A DNA stretch of 64,000 nt from an uncultured Lachnospiraceae bacterium (lineage in GTDB: Bacteria > Bacillota > Clostridia > Lachnospirales > Lachnospiraceae). Shown here piece after piece: positions 58,722 through 64,000 of this stretch. The stretch is from contig CACZIO010000001.1 of the NCBI GenBank assembly GCA_902781215.1, positions 57,307-121,306 of the forward strand, read 5' to 3'. Made by a program: the position numbers and the translations under genes. The notes beneath the pieces were generated by a model, which was not told where the DNA came from, made no database searches, and saw nothing but the letters and a program-made list of their open reading frames with translations. How positions within the stretch are numbered: position 1 is the stretch's first letter; every line of letters starts with the position of its first letter.

Positions 58722-58861
58722 GGCGAGCGGCGCCATGACGGGACGGCCGGACCGCGGCTGCCCGGGACGGCTGGTCCGGGGAGGGAAGACGCCCCGGACA
58801 GGCCCCCGCACGGCTGGCGCAGGCGACGGCTGCAGGGAAGAAGAGAACACAGGAGTTAGAA

Positions 58862-59791
58862 ATGGACAAAGCTTTTTCGGAAATCATGGACGCACTGGTC
58901 CGGGACTGTGAAGAGGCGCTGGAGAAGGCGCTCCCGGATCCGCAGGATATGCCGGAGGGAGAAGATCCGGCCGCGACGGTCGCGGATGCCGTCCGGTACA
59001 GCGTCATGGCGGGCGGCAAGCGCCTGCGTCCCCTTCTGATCGCCAGGGTAAGTGACATATATGGCGGAAGACGCGAACTGGCGGAGCCCTTCATGGCGGC
59101 GCTGGAGATGATCCACACCTACTCCCTGATCCACGACGACCTGCCGGCCATGGACAATGACGAGTTCCGGAGGGGCCGCAGGACGACCCATATCGTGTAC
59201 GGAGAGGGCATGGCCGTCCTGGCGGGAGACGCCCTGCTCAACTATGCCTACGAGACGGCGCTCACCGCCTTTGATGCCGTGCAAACGCCCGCGGAGACGG
59301 CGGCCGTGGTCCGCGCGCTCAGGATCCTGGCCCGCAATGCAGGTATCTTCGGCATGGTCGGAGGCCAGTGTGCAGACCTGGAGGCGGAGGAGAAGCCCGC
59401 CGGGAGTGTCACGGACGGGATGCTCGAGTACATCCACAGCCACAAGACCGCCTGCATGATCCGCAGCGCCTTTGTGATCGGCGCTGTTCTCGCCGGGGCG
59501 CCGGAGGATGACATCCGGCGCCTGGACCGGATCGCCTATGAGACGGGTGTCGCCTTCCAGATCCAGGACGACATTCTGGATGTGATCGGCGACAGCGAGG
59601 TGCTGGGCAAGGCGACCGGCAGCGATGAGAAGGACGGCAAGGCCACCTACGTGACCCTGCACGGCCTGGAGCAGGCACAGCGCGATGTACAGGAGCGCAC
59701 GGACCGCGCACTGCGGGAGCTGGACAGCCTGTCCGTACAGGATCCCTTCCTGCGCGACCTGTTCCTGAAGCTGGTCTCCAGGGAAAAATGA
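58862..59791 (+). CDS. ispA: Polyprenyl (farnesyl/geranylgeranyl) diphosphate synthase
   Basis: GGKRLRP, HDDLPAMDNDEFRRG, KTA, FQIQDDILD. Confidence 0.93.
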   Translation: MDKAFSEIMDALVRDCEEALEKALPDPQDMPEGEDPAATVADAVRYSVMAGGKRLRPLLIARVSDIYGGRRELAEPFMAALEMIHTYSLIHDDLPAMDNDEFRRGRRTTHIVYGEGMAVLAGDALLNYAYETALTAFDAVQTPAETAAVVRALRILARNAGIFGMVGGQCADLEAEEKPAGSVTDGMLEYIHSHKTACMIRSAFVIGAVLAGAPEDDIRRLDRIAYETGVAFQIQDDILDVIGDSEVLGKATGSDEKDGKATYVTLHGLEQAQRDVQERTDRALRELDSLSVQDPFLRDLFLKLVSREK

Positions 59792-59900
59792 TCTGTGCCG
59801 GAGGGAACAGGACCCGGAGAGACCGGTCTGCGCATGGATACCCGGATCAGGCTCCGGCCGGCTTTGCGCTGAGCAGTTATTTTAAGAAGAGGTTTGACGG

Positions 59901-60746
59901 ATGAAAAAGAGGCTGGATGTCCTCCTGACAGAGCAGGGCCTCGCCCCCTCGAGGGAGAAGGCGAAGGCGCTGATCATGGCGGGGATCGTCTATGTGAACA
60001 ATCAGAAGGAAGACAAGGCCGGGACGATTTTTCCCGAGGATGCCCGGATCGAGGTGCGCGGCCAGGGCCTGCGCTATGTCAGCAGGGGCGGCCTCAAGCT
60101 CGAGAAGGCCATGCAGGCATTCCCGATCGACCTGCAGGTCCGGGTCTGCATGGATATCGGGGCGTCGACCGGCGGATTTACCGACTGCATGCTCCAGAAC
60201 GGGGCCTCCTGTGTCTATGCGATCGATGTGGGCTACGGCCAGCTGGACTGGAAGCTCAGGGAGGACCCCCGCGTCGTCTGTATGGAAAAGACCAATTTCC
60301 GCTATGTAAAGCCGGAGGACCTGGATCCGGACCGGATGCCGGATTTCGCCAGTGTGGATGTCTCCTTTATCTCACTGTCCAGGATCCTGCCTCCCGCGCA
60401 CGCCATCCTGCCGCCGGGCGGCGAGATGGTATGCCTGATCAAGCCGCAGTTCGAGGCGGGGCGGGACAAGGTCGGCAAGAAGGGCGTCGTCAGGGACCCG
60501 CAGGTCCACATGGATGTGATCCGCAGTGTCCTGGAGACGGCAGAGGCCGACGGATTTACAGTCCTGGGCCTCTCCTGGTCGCCCATCCGCGGGCCGGAGG
60601 GCAATATCGAGTATCTGCTCCACCTGCGCAGAAACCCCGATGAGGCTGCTCAGGCCGCGGGAGAAGCTGCGGGCCGGGATCTGCCGGCAGGGCCGGGGGA
60701 GGATGAGATCCGGGACCTGGTGATGAAATCGCATCAGGAACTGTGA
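59901..60746 (+). CDS. tlyA: TlyA family rRNA methyltransferase
   Basis: S4 domain, YVSRGGLKL, DIGASTGGFT, DVSFISL, LIKPQFEAG. Confidence 0.96.
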   Translation: MKKRLDVLLTEQGLAPSREKAKALIMAGIVYVNNQKEDKAGTIFPEDARIEVRGQGLRYVSRGGLKLEKAMQAFPIDLQVRVCMDIGASTGGFTDCMLQNGASCVYAIDVGYGQLDWKLREDPRVVCMEKTNFRYVKPEDLDPDRMPDFASVDVSFISLSRILPPAHAILPPGGEMVCLIKPQFEAGRDKVGKKGVVRDPQVHMDVIRSVLETAEADGFTVLGLSWSPIRGPEGNIEYLLHLRRNPDEAAQAAGEAAGRDLPAGPGEDEIRDLVMKSHQEL

Positions 60747-60795
60747 GGATCCCGCCGGATCCGGACCGGACATGCCGCATCAGGAACTGTGAGGA
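60730..60795 (+). repeat. Perfect 20-bp direct repeat duplicating the tlyA 3' end and stop codon
   Basis: cgcatcaggaactgtgagga at 60730 and 60776. Confidence 0.92.
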
Positions 60796-60848
60796 ACCTG
60801 CCGGCTTTGTTTCAGACATGTTTGTGAAAAGAGGTTTTGGTCACAGAT

Positions 60849-61706
60849 ATGAGCATTGAGCGCTTTTTTATTATCGCCAACAGAGACAAGGACAAAAAAC
60901 AGCTTTTTTCCAGGGAGATCGAAGCCTTTCTGAAGGAGCGCGGCAAGCGCTGCTGTATCGCCTATACGGACGAGGAGCGCCAGCAGATGCGCGATCAGCT
61001 CCGGAGCGGACTGGACTGCCTGCTGGTCCTGGGCGGGGACGGGACCGTGCTGGAGGCCGCCCATCTGGCGGCCGGGACCGGGACACCCATCCTGGGGATC
61101 AACTTGGGCAAGCTGGGCTACCTGGCCGAGGTGGAGAGCCACAACTGGGAGGCGGCCCTGCAGAGGGTCCTGGGCGGCGGCTATGAGATCGAGAGCCGGA
61201 TGATGCTGGAGGGATTTGTCAGCGACCGGGAGAGACGGGTCTATCCGGATGCCTATGGACAGGCCCTCAACGACATCGTCATCACCCGCAGCAGGGGCCT
61301 GCAGGTGCTGGACTTCAACGTCTCCGTCGACGGACAGTTCCTGAACCGGTTCAGCGCGGACGGCGTGATCGTCGCCACCGCGACCGGCTCCACGGCCTAC
61401 AGCATGTCCGCGGGCGGCCCCATCGTGGAGCCCAAGGCCCGCCTGATCCTGCTGACACCGATCAGTCCGCACACCCTTAACAGCCGCAGCATCGTCCTGT
61501 CCGCGGACGACAGGATCACGATTGAGATGATCCCGCCCCGCAGCGGGCGCCCCCTCGAGGCGGAGTGCGATTTCGACGGCGGCGGCGCCATCCCGCTCCA
61601 CGGAGGTGACCGCGTCAACATCACGAGCGCGGGCGGAACGACGCGCCTGATCCGCCTCAGCCACAGAAGCTTTCTGGAGACACTGCATAAAAAGATCACG
61701 TCCTGA
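60849..61706 (+). CDS. nadK: NAD+ kinase
   Basis: LGGDGT, GINLGKLGYL, ALND, TATGSTAYSMSAGGP. Confidence 0.96.
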   Translation: MSIERFFIIANRDKDKKQLFSREIEAFLKERGKRCCIAYTDEERQQMRDQLRSGLDCLLVLGGDGTVLEAAHLAAGTGTPILGINLGKLGYLAEVESHNWEAALQRVLGGGYEIESRMMLEGFVSDRERRVYPDAYGQALNDIVITRSRGLQVLDFNVSVDGQFLNRFSADGVIVATATGSTAYSMSAGGPIVEPKARLILLTPISPHTLNSRSIVLSADDRITIEMIPPRSGRPLEAECDFDGGGAIPLHGGDRVNITSAGGTTRLIRLSHRSFLETLHKKITS

Positions 61707-61782
61707 CGCCGACATGTCATGCGCGGCATGCCGGAGGAAGGCATTTCATCAAGTCCCCTGCGGACGTAAAACACGGTGACCT

Positions 61783-62238
61783 ATGAAAAACAAACGACAC
61801 GACTGCATTTTGGAAATCATACAGGAAATGGCCATCTCCACCCAGGAGGAGCTGCAGAAGGAGCTGCGCAAAAGAGGGTATGAAGTGACCCAGGCGACAG
61901 TGTCCCGCGACATCCGAAGGCTCCGCCTGGTCAAACAGCAGACCGCGGACGGAAGGAACGTCTATGCTGTCTCGACCGTGCGGGAGGACCGGGAGCGCGA
62001 CAGGCTGCTGCGCGTACTGCGGGATTCCGTGCGCAGTGTCGAGAGCGCCCAGAATATCCTGGTGATCAAGACCGAGGCAGGGATGGCCATGGGATCCGCG
62101 GCAGCGATCGACGGCCTGTCCATCAGCGGGATCATCGGCTGCATCGCGGGTGATGACACCATCATGGCAGTCCTGAAGACGACCGTCGCGGCGGAAGAGG
62201 CCTGCTGGAAGCTGGTACAGGATCTGCAGCTGACCTGA
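61783..62238 (+). CDS. argR: Arginine repressor ArgR
   Basis: TQEEL, VTQATVSRD, GCIAGDDT. Confidence 0.96.
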   Translation: MKNKRHDCILEIIQEMAISTQEELQKELRKRGYEVTQATVSRDIRRLRLVKQQTADGRNVYAVSTVREDRERDRLLRVLRDSVRSVESAQNILVIKTEAGMAMGSAAAIDGLSISGIIGCIAGDDTIMAVLKTTVAAEEACWKLVQDLQLT

Positions 62239-62356
62239 CGCCGGCCTGCGGACCTGCACCGGACGGTTTCTTCTGACGCCGGCCTGCGGACCTGCGCCGG
62301 GCGGATGGCCTGCGCGGTCCGGACAGGGCACATCGGGTCTGATCCGGCCTGCGGAC
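62235..62356 (+). repeat. Direct repeats starting at the argR stop codon
   Basis: ctgacgccggcctgcggacctgc at 62235 and 62273; degenerate third copy at 62339. Confidence 0.88.
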
Positions 62357-62417
62357 ACAGACCGGGCTCTCCACAGGGCAGCGTGCCGCGAACAGCCAAT
62401 CAATACAGGAGGAAAAA

Positions 62418-64000
62418 ATGCTTCTGAGCCTTCATGTTAAAAACCTTGCACTGATTGAAGAGGAAGAAGTCACATTTACGGACGGCCTCAACATTCTGAC
62501 CGGCGAGACCGGAGCCGGCAAATCGATCATTATCGGCTCCATCAACCTGGCCCTCGGGGCCCGGGCGGACAAATCGATCATTCGGACCGGGGCGGATCAT
62601 GCCCTGATCGAGCTGACCTTCCAGGCGGACCACGACAGGCAGCTCGACAAGCTCTCCGAGCTGGGCCTGACACCGGAGGAGGAGGGCATTATCCTGATCA
62701 AGCGCAGGATCCTGCCCACCCGCAGCATCTGCTCGATTTGTGGGGAGACGGTCACGCTCAGGCAGATGCGCGAGGTCGGGGAGCTTTTGATCGACATCTA
62801 CGGGCAGCGGGAAAACCAGCGGCTGCTCCGCAAAGAGGCCCAGAGAAGGACCGTCGATGAATACGGAGACAGCACCGTCAGCCCGCTCCTGAAGGAGACT
62901 GCCGCCGCCTACAGGGCATGGAAGGCCCTCTCGGAGGAATGGGACCGGGACGATATGGACGAGTCCGCCAGGCTCCGTGAGCTGGACCTGCTCACCTACG
63001 AGGCGGACGAGATCGAGGCGGCCGCCCTGCAGGAGGGGGAGGAAGAGACGCTGGAGAAGGAGCAGCGGGTCCTGGGGAGCTTCCGCAGGATCAGCGAAGC
63101 TGCCGGCTCTGCCTGGCGCTTGACCGCGGAGGGAGGCGCCGCGGATATGATCGGCCGCGCCTGCCGGGAGCTGTCCTCGACGGCCGGGATCGACGAGGAG
63201 CTCGACAGGCTGGGAGACCAGCTCTCGGAGATCGACAGCCTGCTGGCGGACTTCAACCGCAGCATGACCGACTATGTGGAGGGACTCTCTTTTGATCCAG
63301 GCCGGCTGGCGCAGATCGAAGAGCGGCTGGATGTGATCCGCCGCTGCCAGGACAAGTACGGGGCGACGATCCCGCAGATCCTGGAGGCCCTGGCCCGGAG
63401 GCGGGACCGCATCGACTTCCTGCAGGCCTATGACGCCCGGCGGACAGCACTGGCGCGCGAAATGGCAGCCGCGAAGGAAGCGCTGGACAAGGCCTGCGGC
63501 GAACTGACGAAGGCCCGCCAGAAGGCCGCGGAGAGCTTTGCGGCCGCCATGCGGGACGCCCTGCTGGACCTGAATTTCCTGCGCGTGGCCTTTGAGATCC
63601 GGGTGGAGCCGGACCGCGCCCACCCCGGCCCAGAGGGCTGGGACCGCGTCTCCATGTATATTTCCATGAACCCGGGAGAGCCGCTCAGGCCCCTGGAGCA
63701 GGTCGCCAGCGGCGGTGAGCTGTCCAGGATCATGCTGGCCCTCAAGACGGTCTTTGCGGGCAAGGAAGATATCTACAGCTTCATTTTTGACGAGATCGAC
63801 ACGGGCATCAGCGGGCAGACGGCCTGGAAGGTGTCCGGCAAGATGGGACAGCTTGCGAGGAACCACCAGATCCTCTGCATCACCCACCTGCCCCAGATCG
63901 CCGCCATGGAGGACAGCCACTACCTGATCCGGAAAGAGGCGGATGACGACAGCACGTCGACCCATATCCGGGCCCTGTCCGGGGAAGAGAGCGACCGTGA
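62418..64000 (+). CDS. recN: DNA repair protein RecN (3'-partial)
   Basis: Translated by eye from the ATG after AGGAGG: MLLSLHVKNLALIE, TGETGAGKS, later ASGGELSR and FIFDEID; runs off the window end. Confidence 0.96.
   Translation, partial: MLLSLHVKNLALIEEEEVTFTDGLNILTGETGAGKSIIIGSINLALGARADKSIIRTGADHALIELTFQADHDRQLDKLSELGLTPEEEGIILIKRRILPTRSICSICGETVTLRQMREVGELLIDIYGQRENQRLLRKEAQRRTVDEYGDSTVSPLLKETAAAYRAWKALSEEWDRDDMDESARLRELDLLTYEADEIEAAALQEGEEETLEKEQRVLGSFRRISEAAGSAWRLTAEGGAADMIGRACRELSSTAGIDEELDRLGDQLSEIDSLLADFNRSMTDYVEGLSFDPGRLAQIEERLDVIRRCQDKYGATIPQILEALARRRDRIDFLQAYDARRTALAREMAAAKEALDKACGELTKARQKAAESFAAAMRDALLDLNFLRVAFEIRVEPDRAHPGPEGWDRVSMYISMNPGEPLRPLEQVASGGELSRIMLALKTVFAGKEDIYSFIFDEIDTGISGQTAWKVSGKMGQLARNHQILCITHLPQIAAMEDSHYLIRKEADDDSTSTHIRALSGEESDR

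Noticed and set aside
62400-63965. 521-aa minus-strand ORF
   Set aside because: Antisense of recN, which is missing from the ORF track only because it runs off the window

Overview
This 64-kb window looks like the core chromosome of a GC-rich Clostridia bacterium, most likely Lachnospiraceae (inferred from gene order and protein style). Every credible gene is on the + strand. In order, it holds smc(partial)-ftsY, a ~300-nt structured intergenic element, ilvA, a degenerate GH25 protein, ylxM-ffh-rpsP-khpA-rimM-trmD, and a 10.3-kb Gram-positive-type pel exopolysaccharide locus (GH114, pelD, pelE, DUF2194 deacetylase, pelF, pelG, DUF4832-like) placed between trmD and rplS. It continues with rplS-rbgA-rnhB/yraN fusion, prs, der-plsY, tyrS, ilvB-ilvN-ilvN-ilvC, an alpha/beta hydrolase, ruvAB-zapA-U32-SEDS-PBP, the rimP-nusA-infB-rbfA-truB-ribF-rpsO-pnp cluster, prfC, and asp23-nusB-xseAB-ispA-tlyA-nadK-argR-recN(partial). 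I found no tRNA, rRNA, CRISPR array, transposase or prophage gene. I cannot demonstrate a wholly new system. The best leads are the long branched hairpin after ftsY (6S-like or unknown ncRNA), a pel locus whose PelD lacks the c-di-GMP-binding GGDEF domain and which carries two hydrolase-like genes, an RNase HII-YraN fusion, an L19 leader with a ~100-nt inserted subdomain, and widespread short duplications and low-complexity insertions in housekeeping genes. Family assignments come from motif recognition by eye; no searches were run.
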